Positions 38,359 to 48,955 of a stretch of 64,000 nucleotides of DNA are shown in pieces. A program made the translations under genes and the position numbers. This DNA is from an uncultured cyanobacterium (GTDB taxonomy: Bacteria > Cyanobacteriota > Cyanobacteriia > Cyanobacteriales > CAWUOF01), in contig CAVUSO010000001.1 in the NCBI GenBank assembly GCA_963744145.1, forward strand, positions 1,504,001-1,568,000, read 5' to 3'. The first letter of the stretch is position 1; the number at the start of each line of letters is the position of its first letter. Below the pieces are notes generated by a model. It was not told where the DNA came from. It worked only from the letters and a program-made list of their open reading frames with translations, and searched no databases.

Positions 38359-39174
38359 TCAATTATCATGGGGTAATTGCGGTTTAATTTGCTTAGCCTT
38401 ATAAAAAGTTTCTAAACTTTGGCGATCGCCCACAAACCGCCAGTGCCAAGGTTCATAACTAACCCCTTGAGCATTATTTTTGGGAAAAGATAATTCAAAA
38501 CTAAAATGGGCTGCATTAGCTTTTAACCATTTATAAGCCGCAGTATTTTCAAAATCAGGACTAAGATTAGTTGCTGGGACATCTCCAGCCCCAATATCAA
38601 CAGCATAACCAGTATGATGTTCACTATAACCAGGGGGGGCACTCACTGCTGCTCGTTCTGCGGCTACTTCTCCACGTTCAGCTTTAACATCAAAAAATAA
38701 ATATTGCTGATCGGAGATCGATCGAAAACCGGAAATTGGCACTAAGCTAATCCCTTCTGCTGCTGCTGCTGTGACCATTTCTTGCCATTTCTGGGCTGCT
38801 GCCTTTCGCATTTTAATAGTACCATCAGGCACAATAGACTCTAGTTCAGCAGCAGGGGCTTCTTGATAAGGAAAATGTCCCAGAAGGGTATTTTGGACAG
38901 CTGGATGACTAGGTGAAGGTGGTTCTACCAATACCGATGGAGATGGTACTGAAGTAGGTGGGTGGATATCCGCAGTTTGACCAGCAAATTGGGTGCTATA
39001 CCACACCAAGACAATGCTGATCACACCAATACCGACAATTCCCCCAAACCACCATCTGATCGGGAATTTGGACGATGTTTCCCCAGACTGATTTTCCCGC
39101 AAAGCTTCAGGGATATCATCAGTCGGGGACAAGGGTAACTGGGACGCTTTTGACGATAAACCAGCTTTATCCAA
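38359..39174 (-). CDS. D-Ala-D-Ala carboxypeptidase (M15B/VanY family)
   Basis: SGFRS, APPGYSEHHTGYAVD, YEPWHWRF; single TM helix. Confidence 0.92.
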   Translation of the reverse strand: MDKAGLSSKASQLPLSPTDDIPEALRENQSGETSSKFPIRWWFGGIVGIGVISIVLVWYSTQFAGQTADIHPPTSVPSPSVLVEPPSPSHPAVQNTLLGHFPYQEAPAAELESIVPDGTIKMRKAAAQKWQEMVTAAAAEGISLVPISGFRSISDQQYLFFDVKAERGEVAAERAAVSAPPGYSEHHTGYAVDIGAGDVPATNLSPDFENTAAYKWLKANAAHFSFELSFPKNNAQGVSYEPWHWRFVGDRQSLETFYKAKQIKPQLPHDN

Positions 39175-39266
39175 AGCTATACTCCTGCACTTAGATCAAT
39201 CAATGTTAAAAATTGTAGACTGAGACGGTTCTCTGGTGGTGGAGGGTTTAGTGATGGGCCATAACT

Positions 39267-40199
39267 ATGTCCAATTTGGAAAATCAACTCCTAGAACTCT
39301 ACGGTAAGCTTGGGGGAGGAATTCTGCTGGGATTTATTCTCGGTCGCGCACTTCCTCCTGATCTGCCCGTTTATTTGGGTAAATTTCTCTTTTGGATTGG
39401 AGTACCAATTAGTGTTGTCGCTTTTATGCGACGAGCTGACTTATCTGGAGCTATTTGGGTAGCTCCGGTTTTAGCTTGGGTGGCGATCTTACTAGCAGGC
39501 TTATGTGCCAAACTGTGGATTACCATTCCAGGTAAGCAAATAGAGAATAAACAGACTCTAGGCAGTTTTTTTCTCTTATCCATGTTTGGGAATACGGGTT
39601 ATGTTGGCTATCCAGTGATTCTGGCATTAGTAGGAGAAAAATATTTCGGTTGGGCGATATTTTATGATCTAATCGGCAGTGCATTGGGTGCATACGGGTT
39701 AGGGGTGGCGATCGCTGCTCGCTTTAGTACAGCAGAAAAACGACAATGGCAATTAGCCCTAGCAATATTTAAAAGTCCAACTTTGTGGAGTTTTGGTTTT
39801 GGTGTGATGTTCCGAGAAGTCCCCTTACCGTCCTCCATTGAACAAACTTTACAATTATTGGCTTGGATCTCATTGGGTCTATCCTTAGTTCTGATCGGAA
39901 TGAGAATTAGTCAGCTCAAATCTTGGGTGAATTTTCAATTAGCTTTCATCAGTCTGGGCATTAAAATGTTCTTTGTGCCTCTAGTTTTGGGATTAGTGCT
40001 AGTCGGTTGCGGATTTACTGGTCCACCTCAACTCGTCATCATCCTCCAAATAGCTATGCCCCCAGCATTTGCTACTTTAGTGCTGGCTGAAACTTATCAT
40101 CTTGACCAAGACTTAACGGTTACTACCTTAGCGATCGGTTCCATTGGCTTATTATGTACTCTTCCCATCTGGTTATGGCTATTTGGCATAAACTCTTAG
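39267..40199 (+). CDS. AEC (auxin efflux carrier) family transporter
   Basis: About 10 TM helices; GNTGYVGYP, AMPPA. Confidence 0.9.
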   Translation: MSNLENQLLELYGKLGGGILLGFILGRALPPDLPVYLGKFLFWIGVPISVVAFMRRADLSGAIWVAPVLAWVAILLAGLCAKLWITIPGKQIENKQTLGSFFLLSMFGNTGYVGYPVILALVGEKYFGWAIFYDLIGSALGAYGLGVAIAARFSTAEKRQWQLALAIFKSPTLWSFGFGVMFREVPLPSSIEQTLQLLAWISLGLSLVLIGMRISQLKSWVNFQLAFISLGIKMFFVPLVLGLVLVGCGFTGPPQLVIILQIAMPPAFATLVLAETYHLDQDLTVTTLAIGSIGLLCTLPIWLWLFGINS

Positions 40200-40735
40200 C
40201 AGAGAGAATCTTTCAACTGTTTAGTAGCCAAATAATCTACGGCTAATTCCTTTGGACTCATTTGTTCATAACGTTCAAAAGGTTGATGAATCCAGGGGTT
40301 ATCAGGTAAATAATCTACATAATAATCAGGAGTAAACACCGAGCAAGCCTTATACCAGAGGACAGCAGTGCGAATTTCCTTGATTGACAGCCCATAATGA
40401 TCCTTGAGCCAATTAATTGTCTCTTGCAAAGTAATTCCCGAATCGACTAAATCATCGACTAGCAAAATGCGACTACCTAAATTATCAGTAGTCATGGTCA
40501 AATGACGGGAAAACTTAATCGAACCGCGAACTTGGCCCCCAGCACCACTATAGGAGGAAACGGCAAAAATGGCCAGCGGTTGGTCATAAATCCGGGCTAG
40601 AATATCCCCGACTCGCAATCCACCCTTAGCTAGACAGATAATTTGATTAAAATGCCAGTTAGAGTGATAAATTTTGCTTGCTAGTTGCTCAATCTTTTGA
40701 TGGTACTCTGACCAAGATATGTAGAGATCGGACAT
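40196..40735 (-). CDS. Purine phosphoribosyltransferase family protein
   Basis: LAKGG, PRPP-binding LLVDDLVDSGIT, WIHQPFE. Confidence 0.9.
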   Translation of the reverse strand: MSDLYISWSEYHQKIEQLASKIYHSNWHFNQIICLAKGGLRVGDILARIYDQPLAIFAVSSYSGAGGQVRGSIKFSRHLTMTTDNLGSRILLVDDLVDSGITLQETINWLKDHYGLSIKEIRTAVLWYKACSVFTPDYYVDYLPDNPWIHQPFERYEQMSPKELAVDYLATKQLKDSLC

Positions 40736-40916
40736 AATTGGTTTAATTGGTAAAAAACTAGGAAAATCATAATGTTATCAACTATTGTGGATAGTTACCA
40801 AGCTTACCAGAACTAAAAAATAATAAATTTAGCTAATCAATGCTACGGTTATGAGCGGATTTCGATTTTCTAATTTCATTGATCAGGTTGGCTTTAATGG
40901 ATTTTTATTGGACAAT

Positions 40917-42305
40917 ATGAAGCCAAAAATTTTTAATCTGCTTTTATGGTCTTTAGCTGGTTTTACCAGTCTGATCGCACTCTGGTTCATTGGTGGTAAT
41001 ATTATTGCTAGCCAACAAGAGCAAGAGATGAATGTGGCGAAAAGAGAATTTTTCCAGCAGTTTGCCAAAGCCGATGCTAATGATTCGGCTTTGAAATTAG
41101 CAGAATTAATATCTCAATTAGGGATAGAGCCTTTATTAGGTATGAAAGAAAAATCAGCGAAAATTTTTTCATCCTATCAAGCCGATCGACAAGCTTTTAA
41201 AAAAATTCAATCCTCCTTAAAAATTTATCTGGCAAATCAATTAATGAAGCCAAATAATGACGTAGATATTCCTCCAGAAAAATTACGTCAATATTTAAAA
41301 TTACAAGAAGATTCTTTAGAAGCCATCCGGACGCATATTCTTAATAATGAACAACCACGCTGGCCAATAGATTTAAGTGCTAAAGTTAATAATCAATCTT
41401 TTACTAATTTTACTAGTCTGATTGATCTGCAAAGAATCCTGGCTCTAGAAATGCTAGAACGAAATCGGCAAAAACAGGTAAAAGAAATGCTACAAACTTT
41501 AGAAGTTTCTTGGCAATTAAATCGAGCGTTAATGGCAAGACCTGAATTTATGTCTCAATTGGTAGCATTGATCATAGCCAGAATGCAAGCAGGAGTGATG
41601 CGAAAATTAGATGGTGTTCCATCTGAGTGGCAAGAACGTCTAGATGATTTCGCTCAAGAAGATTATCCCAAAAGTTTTTTGCGATCGATGAATGGTGAAA
41701 TTCGCGATGGAGCTAATCTGATTAAAGATCATTTTTGGGAAACCTTAGAGGGTAGTAAAATTAGTAAAAAAGATTTTTCTGATCTAGGAGATATCGAAAA
41801 AGCCGAATGGTTAAGAACTTTATCCACTTTTGATTTTATCCTGCAACCCTATTTTCGCTTTGCCGCTATAGATTATTGGCAAAAAATGCAAAAAACTATC
41901 AATGAATTACCCAAGCAAGATATCTGTTTATTTGCACCGGATAAATTTACTAAAGAAAATGAATTATTAGTTGCTAACTGGAATATTCCTGGTCAAACAG
42001 CACAGAGCAGTTGGGTAAAGATGTGGCAAAATTTTGCTCATTTGTCCCTAGACTTGGAATTGACAAGGAAAATACTTCGGGTCAAAGAAATTGCTGCGAA
42101 AAACCGACATTGGTCAGAAGCAATTCCCGGGATTTCTCTCTCTCATTGTCTTGATGGTAAATGGATCTACCAAGTTTCTGCTGATGGTATTATGTCACTT
42201 ACTTATAACCAAAAACCAGACTGGTTAGAAGAAAAAACCGGATTACCCTTGAGTTATACAGCTAAAGAAATTGAAAAGGAGCAAAAACCTATCTCACCAA
42301 AATAA
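40917..42305 (+). CDS. Hypothetical protein with N-terminal membrane anchor
   Basis: Long ORF; hydrophobic segment after probable start MKPKIF. Confidence 0.7.
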   Translation: MKPKIFNLLLWSLAGFTSLIALWFIGGNIIASQQEQEMNVAKREFFQQFAKADANDSALKLAELISQLGIEPLLGMKEKSAKIFSSYQADRQAFKKIQSSLKIYLANQLMKPNNDVDIPPEKLRQYLKLQEDSLEAIRTHILNNEQPRWPIDLSAKVNNQSFTNFTSLIDLQRILALEMLERNRQKQVKEMLQTLEVSWQLNRALMARPEFMSQLVALIIARMQAGVMRKLDGVPSEWQERLDDFAQEDYPKSFLRSMNGEIRDGANLIKDHFWETLEGSKISKKDFSDLGDIEKAEWLRTLSTFDFILQPYFRFAAIDYWQKMQKTINELPKQDICLFAPDKFTKENELLVANWNIPGQTAQSSWVKMWQNFAHLSLDLELTRKILRVKEIAAKNRHWSEAIPGISLSHCLDGKWIYQVSADGIMSLTYNQKPDWLEEKTGLPLSYTAKEIEKEQKPISPK

Positions 42306-42343
42306 GTATTTTATTGAAGTTTCACTAATAAATTCAAACCATC

Positions 42344-42588
42344 ATACCAATTGATGATGAAGATACATTGATAGGATTGATCTGTGGGTCGGGGTGGGTT
42401 TTGATGATTAGTGGGTAAATAGCAAAAATCTCGGTGAACCCACCCCTACAAAAACCCGCAAATAGAGGATAAAATTGGTAGGGGCAGGTTCACCAGTCAA
42501 TTCTGCTACCAACAGATCACCATTATAAACCTGCCCTGACCTAACAGATCAATCTCAGATTAAGTTCAATTTCATAGTTAATTGGTAT
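42344..42588. mobile_element. MITE-like element (ATACCAATT ends) with REP-like palindromes
   Basis: Same termini as 1041-1177; cargo similar to 35038-35388. Confidence 0.6.
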
Positions 42589-42645
42589 AACCGAGTTGTT
42601 TGTAGGTGGTGTTTCAATCGCGATCGCCTATTTTGATATCTATGC

Positions 42646-42816
42646 TTATGATTCCAATTCCAATCTGACATTATCTTTAGCGATACAGTAGAGAATTTTC
42701 AGAATGTAAGTTTTACCCGTATCGTTTTCTCCAATCAAAATATTAACTTTAGCGTGATCTTGCCACTCAAAATGCTCGAAGATACCAAAATTTTCAATTA
42801 CTAATTTAGAAAACAT
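42646..42816 (-). pseudogene. N-terminal fragment of an AAA_15/AAA_21-type ATPase
   Basis: MFSKLVIENFG...ILIGENDTGKT then early stop. Confidence 0.75.
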
Positions 42817-43125
42817 CAATCTTCTCCCAAGTATATTATTATGTATTATAGCTCGATCTGATTCAGTTACCTGTAGGGGCAAAGCATTTCGGCAAATCAA
42901 TAATTGTTTCAACGAAGAATAATATTACCGAAATGCTTTGCCCTCACCATTTATGCAGCCAACAGATCAACTATATAATTAGCAAATAGTCATCAATTTT
43001 CCATTGAGCAGTAAGGTATAAAAATTTAATAATTTGTTTGTAGTAAGTGATGAGAGCGATAAATCGCTTACTACAAACCAAATCATCAAGTGATGTATTT
43101 TCATTTCTAATTAACATAATCTAGA

Positions 43126-44430
43126 TTAATTTTTAATTCCTTTAAATTGCTCTTTAGCTGTTTTAAATGCTTCTTTCATAGCTGACTGAATTTTTTCAGG
43201 ATCGGGTTTTTTCCCTCCCATTAAATCACCAAAGTAAACACAAGCACCTTCTCCTAATGTCCAAGTATAAGCAGCAGCCCAAGATGCAGCAATCACACTA
43301 CCAAAACCAGGTAAAAATTTAATCAATTCCCGTCCGATCGCTTGGGCTAAAAAACCACCAGCGATCGCACTGACAATCCCACCAGCTTGAGATGGAGTGA
43401 TAGTTTGTCCGTACAATTTCCCTAAAGAAACTACCATTGATACTTGTAATGCTGTCAAAGCGGGCATCGTAGCAAAGGGTAACGGTACAGCAGCTAATGT
43501 AGCAGCCATGACCGCAAATGCTAAGATATAACGTCTAGCTACATCTCGATATAAATTACCAATTTGACTGGTAGTTGTTTGATCTAATAATTGATAAATT
43601 GCTTGTGCTTCTGCTTCGGGTAATAACTCAGCTAGGTGATCTCGAAATAATTCTAAGCCATAAAATACAGGATGATAACCATCTTCTTCCAGAGTAAAAT
43701 CAATTAAAACTGCTCGATCAAATATCCCAGCAAAAGCTGATTTAATCGCCGTAAAAGCACGGTTAACTTCCTCCACATTGGGTGGATAATCAGGATGATC
43801 AGTCAGACTCGATGGATAAACTTCATGTAAACAGGTGACAGCTAATAGACAGGGAATTTCTGGATATTTTTGACGCAATTTCTGAAGAATTTGGTACAGC
43901 GTATCGGTAGCAAAATCATTAATCTTAATCGTTAAAATCAGCACTCGTGCTTGACGATTTGATTGTTGCAAATCGCCAATCAGTTCTTCAATAATGCCTG
44001 GGGTATCCTGATTAACATCCCCTAATCCTACCGTATCAGTAAAAATTAGTAATGGGAGTTCAGATGAAGGATAAGCATAGCGTTCAGTATGTTGGGTGTG
44101 GGGGCGAAATCCTTGACCAATAATTTCCCCTGACACACCAGTTAAACCGCGCACAATGGAACTTTTCCCAGCTTGGGTTTTACCAATTAGTAAAGCTTCT
44201 GTGGTCGGTAATTGCGATCGCACTGTGACTAAAATTTCTGCAATCTTGTCTTCACTAACACTAAACCATTTCAGTGCTGTCTGTGCTAATTCATCTAACG
44301 GGATCACTTGTTTTAATCGAGTGGTGGTATTGGCCAAAATCTGCCCCAGGCGATCGGGTTGAGAATTTTTTCCCAAATTACTAGATGGGTTAGAATCAGG
44401 TAGTGGCGAGTTTTCTGGTTCATTAGTCAT
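43126..44430 (-). CDS. GTPase with YcjF/DUF697-like C-terminal domain
   Basis: GKTQAGKSS, DTVG; AAVPLPFA hydrophobic region. Confidence 0.8.
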   Translation of the reverse strand: MTNEPENSPLPDSNPSSNLGKNSQPDRLGQILANTTTRLKQVIPLDELAQTALKWFSVSEDKIAEILVTVRSQLPTTEALLIGKTQAGKSSIVRGLTGVSGEIIGQGFRPHTQHTERYAYPSSELPLLIFTDTVGLGDVNQDTPGIIEELIGDLQQSNRQARVLILTIKINDFATDTLYQILQKLRQKYPEIPCLLAVTCLHEVYPSSLTDHPDYPPNVEEVNRAFTAIKSAFAGIFDRAVLIDFTLEEDGYHPVFYGLELFRDHLAELLPEAEAQAIYQLLDQTTTSQIGNLYRDVARRYILAFAVMAATLAAVPLPFATMPALTALQVSMVVSLGKLYGQTITPSQAGGIVSAIAGGFLAQAIGRELIKFLPGFGSVIAASWAAAYTWTLGEGACVYFGDLMGGKKPDPEKIQSAMKEAFKTAKEQFKGIKN

Positions 44431-44511
44431 AAGATTTAAAATGCCAGATTTGATCAGTAATCGATCCTAGGTTGCATCAGTATTTTTTTTCTAGTTTACC
44501 TTTTTTGAACA

Positions 44512-46425
44512 ATGGGAATATTAAAGGTTTGGCAATGGGCAGTCTTAGCACTCCCAATCATCACGATCATTACTTTCTTGCTCATCGCAGCAGCACAACA
44601 AATCCACACATGGGGGATTAGTTGGATTTGGGCTGTATTTACCTTAGTATTTGTGGGTTGGCGTTGGTTACTGGTTACATGGACTAAACCAGTTCGATCG
44701 CAGGTCGAAGCGATCGTCTTAGAAGTCCAACAAGAATTGGAGTCTATCCCTGATGTTAGTCCAATGGAGTTGAGTGGAAATGATCCCATTATCCAAGCAG
44801 AAACTGCATTGCAACAAATTATCAAAAATGCCCAAAATGATCCCCCCATTTGGGAAAATTGGCCAATTTTTTGGCAACGATGTCAGGAATTAGTCACAGC
44901 GATCGCCTATATTTATTATCCTCAAGTCAAACATCCCCTCTTAAATATATATATTCCCCAAGCATCAACTTTAATGCGGGGAACTGTAGATGATTTAGAT
45001 CGATGGATGCAGAAATTATCACCTGCACTTAATCAAGTCACGATCGGACAAGCATACCAAGCTTATGAACTTTACCATCAACTCGAACCATCAGTCCGCA
45101 AGTTTTGGCAAGTATGGAGCTGGGCACAATGGATCTTTAATCCAACAGCAGCGATCGCTAAAACTGCGAGTCAGCGTTATAGCACTCAAGCTAATCAAGA
45201 ATTATTAGGAAATTTAAGCCAACTCTTACGAGAAGTAGCACTAAAAAACTTATGTCGGCAAGCGATCATTCTGTATAGTGGTAGCCAACCACCAACTTTA
45301 GTAACAGGTGTGACTACACCAACTTTACCTAAAGCCAATACTAAAACCCTGCGAGAAATATTAGAACAAGCTGAACCTATTGCAGAAATTGAGCAAAAAC
45401 CAGTTAATATTTTGTTAGTTGGTAGAACTGGCGCAGGAAAAAGTAGCCTAATTAATACTTTATTTCAAGCCGACTTAGCTGAGGTTGATGTTTTACCAAG
45501 TACAGATCAAATTAAAAATTATCATTGGCAAATCCAAGGAAAAGAAACCCTCACCCTTTGGGATACTCCCGGTTACGAACAAATTAATCGATCTGATTTC
45601 CGGACAGAAGTATTAAATTATGTTCATCATTGTGATTTATTACTATTAGTGACTCCAGCTCTTGATCCTGCCTTACAAATGGATCTAGATTTACTCAAAG
45701 AAATCAAAACTGAAGTAGCTGATTTACCTGCGATCGCTGTTGTTACCCAAGTCGATCGGCTTCGTCCGCTCCGGGAATGGGAACCACCTTACTATTGGCA
45801 ATTAGGGGAAAAACCAAAAGAAATTTCGATTCGATCGGCAACCCAATATCGGACTGAACTATTAGGAGAATATTGCAATTTAGTCTTACCAGTAGTTACC
45901 AGTGATCTAAAAACCAATCGCTCTAGTTGGGGTGTTGAGGCAATATCATTAGCATTAATGACAGCGATCGCACCAGCTAAACAACTTCGCTTTGCCCGAT
46001 TTTTGTGTGATTTAGAAGCCCGAACTGTAGCTGCTGGTCAAATTATCGATCGCTACACTTTGCAAATGACAACTACCCAAGGAATCACAGCCCTCCTCAA
46101 AAGTCCAGTGCTTCAGTTTATTTCTACCTTATCAACTGGTTCCCCTACCCTAGCTTACTTGCTCGCAGAACAAATTCCCATTGAAAAATTACCAATAGTC
46201 ATTGGTAAATTGCAAATGGCTTACGATTTATTTTCCCTGTTGAGTCCCGCAACAACTAATATTGCTAAATTCGACCTCTTATCTTTGTGGCCATTGCTGT
46301 TAGAAAATTCCAGTACACCAGATCGTAATGCTTGGGCATTTGGTCATGCTCTGGTCGAATATTGGACTAAAAAACTAGCGATCGCCCAACTCCAAGAACG
46401 ATTTAATTACTATCTAAATATCTAA
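44512..46425 (+). CDS. Membrane-anchored GTPase (Era/YeeP-like G domain)
   Basis: Two N-terminal TMs; GRTGAGKSS, DTPG, TQVD. Confidence 0.8.
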   Translation: MGILKVWQWAVLALPIITIITFLLIAAAQQIHTWGISWIWAVFTLVFVGWRWLLVTWTKPVRSQVEAIVLEVQQELESIPDVSPMELSGNDPIIQAETALQQIIKNAQNDPPIWENWPIFWQRCQELVTAIAYIYYPQVKHPLLNIYIPQASTLMRGTVDDLDRWMQKLSPALNQVTIGQAYQAYELYHQLEPSVRKFWQVWSWAQWIFNPTAAIAKTASQRYSTQANQELLGNLSQLLREVALKNLCRQAIILYSGSQPPTLVTGVTTPTLPKANTKTLREILEQAEPIAEIEQKPVNILLVGRTGAGKSSLINTLFQADLAEVDVLPSTDQIKNYHWQIQGKETLTLWDTPGYEQINRSDFRTEVLNYVHHCDLLLLVTPALDPALQMDLDLLKEIKTEVADLPAIAVVTQVDRLRPLREWEPPYYWQLGEKPKEISIRSATQYRTELLGEYCNLVLPVVTSDLKTNRSSWGVEAISLALMTAIAPAKQLRFARFLCDLEARTVAAGQIIDRYTLQMTTTQGITALLKSPVLQFISTLSTGSPTLAYLLAEQIPIEKLPIVIGKLQMAYDLFSLLSPATTNIAKFDLLSLWPLLLENSSTPDRNAWAFGHALVEYWTKKLAIAQLQERFNYYLNI

Positions 46426-46466
46426 TCAGTTTGAAGTTGGCCTACCGTTAACCGCACCGAATTGAC

Positions 46467-46850
46467 TTATAACTTACCGAGCAGACTACTGACAGATTTT
46501 TCAGCGTGACTGTGAGTAACTATGCCCGGACCATATTCACCGGGTTTGATTTGATATTTGACTAGATCGGCTAATTCTTGTAATTGCGAGATTGCTTCGG
46601 CACCTTCTAACTTCATCAGTTCCCGATCATCTCGCATTTCCGTCCAGGTGATGCCATAGTCTGATACTAAAAAGCGAATCAGATGATTATCACCTAAGCT
46701 GACCATAAAAGACCCACTATTCATTTGGCCACCGCAGGTATAGCAAGATGCTAAGTATCCCCGTCGCTCTAACACTATTGCTAGAGCTTGGAGATTCATC
46801 ACCAAGTCTTGAACAAATTGTCGGTGTTGCTCTGCTAATCTTACAAACAC
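46467..46850 (-). CDS. DUF1815 family protein
   Basis: MFVRLAEQHRQFVQDLVMNLQAL...ASCYTC...YGITWTEMR; GTG start. Confidence 0.8.
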   Translation of the reverse strand: MFVRLAEQHRQFVQDLVMNLQALAIVLERRGYLASCYTCGGQMNSGSFMVSLGDNHLIRFLVSDYGITWTEMRDDRELMKLEGAEAISQLQELADLVKYQIKPGEYGPGIVTHSHAEKSVSSLLGKL

Positions 46851-46966
46851 TTTTTTTCCTCCAGTGACCACACTTAATCTGATAACTTTTTAATCTTTTC
46901 TTCAGAGTTTAGCTGCGAAAATTTCTTAAGCCCGGACCAGTAATTGGCAGCTAGCCTCTAATGATT

Positions 46967-47010
46967 AAAGTAACTGACCCTCCTAAATAAGCAATGTATA
47001 TACAGTTACA
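46967..47010 (-). promoter_or_regulatory. Candidate NtcA-activated promoter for the DUF1815 gene
   Basis: TGTA-N8-TACA at 46995-47010; TACTTT -10 element 23 nt downstream on the minus strand. Confidence 0.5.
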
Positions 47011-47097
47011 GTCTATTTAGCATCCTTACTTTGTTCGATTCAGTTTTCGCTAATTAAGTTCCGGACAAAAACTTCCCTAAGTAATTCATCCTGAGCG

Positions 47098-47310
47098 TTA
47101 ATTAACGTGCCACCAACCGAGACCAGGGCCAATTACCCGTACAGTTAGCCAAGCCACCACTAAAAAACCAATTCCAATCCAGGCACCTTTGGTAGACCAT
47201 TTTACAAATTGTTCTGCTTGAGTTTTAGTAATTGGTAGCCAAGGTAAAATGGTGGTTTCTTGGCCATATTTTTCACCTAAAGCAGTCTGACGACGTTTTG
47301 CTTCGCCCAT
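47098..47310 (-). CDS. DUF2839 family protein
   Basis: MGEAKRR...GAWIGIG...IGPGLGWW. Confidence 0.85.
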   Translation of the reverse strand: MGEAKRRQTALGEKYGQETTILPWLPITKTQAEQFVKWSTKGAWIGIGFLVVAWLTVRVIGPGLGWWHVN

Positions 47311-47401
47311 AATCTAAGAATCAGATGACAATTTATGTTCAAATTGATAATAGCCTTTGCTTGGTAATAATGGTTAGTTATTTAGGAAAATTAAAGGTAA
47401 A

Positions 47402-48934
47402 TTACCCAGTAGGGTGATCTGAATGGGTAAACAAAGTAGCATCTAAATAATTAATTCGAGCTAGAGGACTTAGAGCTGCTAAGACCTGATGTCCATAGCT
47501 ACGGTGGTTGACGCGATTATCCAGGATTGCCACAATTCCTTGATGTTCTCTCAACGGAGCGATCGCCCGAGTGAGTTCATTTAAAGCGACCGGTAGTAAA
47601 TACAACCGAAACCAATCTTGACGCAACTGCTTATAATAAGCGACTCGACCTGCTACTAGGGGATTTTCTAAAGAAGGAATGGGCAAAGTGGCTACAATTA
47701 ACAATCTTGGTACTGGTAAAACTGCTTGATGTTCTTGCCAAAATTTCCAACCGCTGATTAGTACCCCATTATCATCTAAACAAGTTTTTTCTACTTGAAC
47801 CCGTGAACCAAAATCCGCCGCTAGAGACGCCCCCACCTGATATTTCAGGGGCATATCGCTAATTAACAGGACTGTTAACCCAAAATCTGGAGGACTAACG
47901 CAAATCAAGGAACTAACTTCACGAATTAGGGCACTTTGAAACTGGGGTGTATTGGGCATGGGCAACCGATCGGGTAGGTAAAGCTGAATCATTTCATGCT
48001 GGCGATCGGTGGAAAATTTCACTGCAGTCAGATCCCCGAGTCCCATTTGCTGACGAAAAATGGGTGCTGCTGCGGTCAAATCCAACATTCCACCAATTAA
48101 TACAATTGGCTGCTTATACCAGATCGGTGCTAAAGCCGAGGCTACTTCAACCGCACCACAAAATAGGGAAAAAAAACCTTGCTGACGATAAATCTCTGCC
48201 CACAATAGTTGACTATTGGTCTGAAAACGCTGCCAAAAATACTGCCAAGCTGGTGGCCAAATTTGCGGGGTGGGTGGGAATACTTGAGCCAGCAATTTTA
48301 CATAGTCAATTTCCGCACCATCAAGCAAACAACACTGATAGGGATTGGGAGGATGTTGGAAAATTGCTCGCGTTAATTTTACCCACAGATCCCGAATTCT
48401 GTCTGCTTGGTCTGGATAGAGTTGCATTAATTGATGCCAATCAGCGGGACTGATTTTAGCCGTTAGTTGGTCACAAGCCCATGTTTCTAAATCATCAGCA
48501 CCATCAATAATCGTGGTAATTCCCCCTGGGATCGATTGATTAGATGCCAACCGCTCTCCTAACCAAGCACTAGGGGAAATCAACAATAGACCCTGAAAAT
48601 GATCATAAGGCCAGCGATCGCCTATCTGAATTGGTTTTTCGCTACCGATCCACTGCTGCAATTGGGGAATTTCTACCATCAGCAAACGTTGCTGCACTGC
48701 TTCGGTGGCGACCAAAACCACTGGTTCTGGCCATAATAGCACTGACATTAAATAGCTTAATCGATAGGACCCTTGGGTGTTCAGAGAGGGTACACCTGTT
48801 TGGATCAGGGCGCTCCGTCCCAATCGTAAAGCCCGGGCTACCAATCGGGCCATGGTCAAATGATGGGGCCAGTAAGGACGGGGATGCGATCGTAAGAAAG
48901 CACGCAAGGATTGATGGACTTCTGCTTCAATCAC
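47402..48934 (-). CDS. DinG-like helicase C-terminal-domain protein (cyanobacterial)
   Basis: MIEAEVHQSLRAFLR, WPHHLTMARLVARAL, AILDNRV..RSYG. Confidence 0.8.
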   Translation of the reverse strand: MIEAEVHQSLRAFLRSHPRPYWPHHLTMARLVARALRLGRSALIQTGVPSLNTQGSYRLSYLMSVLLWPEPVVLVATEAVQQRLLMVEIPQLQQWIGSEKPIQIGDRWPYDHFQGLLLISPSAWLGERLASNQSIPGGITTIIDGADDLETWACDQLTAKISPADWHQLMQLYPDQADRIRDLWVKLTRAIFQHPPNPYQCCLLDGAEIDYVKLLAQVFPPTPQIWPPAWQYFWQRFQTNSQLLWAEIYRQQGFFSLFCGAVEVASALAPIWYKQPIVLIGGMLDLTAAAPIFRQQMGLGDLTAVKFSTDRQHEMIQLYLPDRLPMPNTPQFQSALIREVSSLICVSPPDFGLTVLLISDMPLKYQVGASLAADFGSRVQVEKTCLDDNGVLISGWKFWQEHQAVLPVPRLLIVATLPIPSLENPLVAGRVAYYKQLRQDWFRLYLLPVALNELTRAIAPLREHQGIVAILDNRVNHRSYGHQVLAALSPLARINYLDATLFTHSDHPTG

Positions 48935-48955
48935 GATGAGACCAATGACTTTTAC

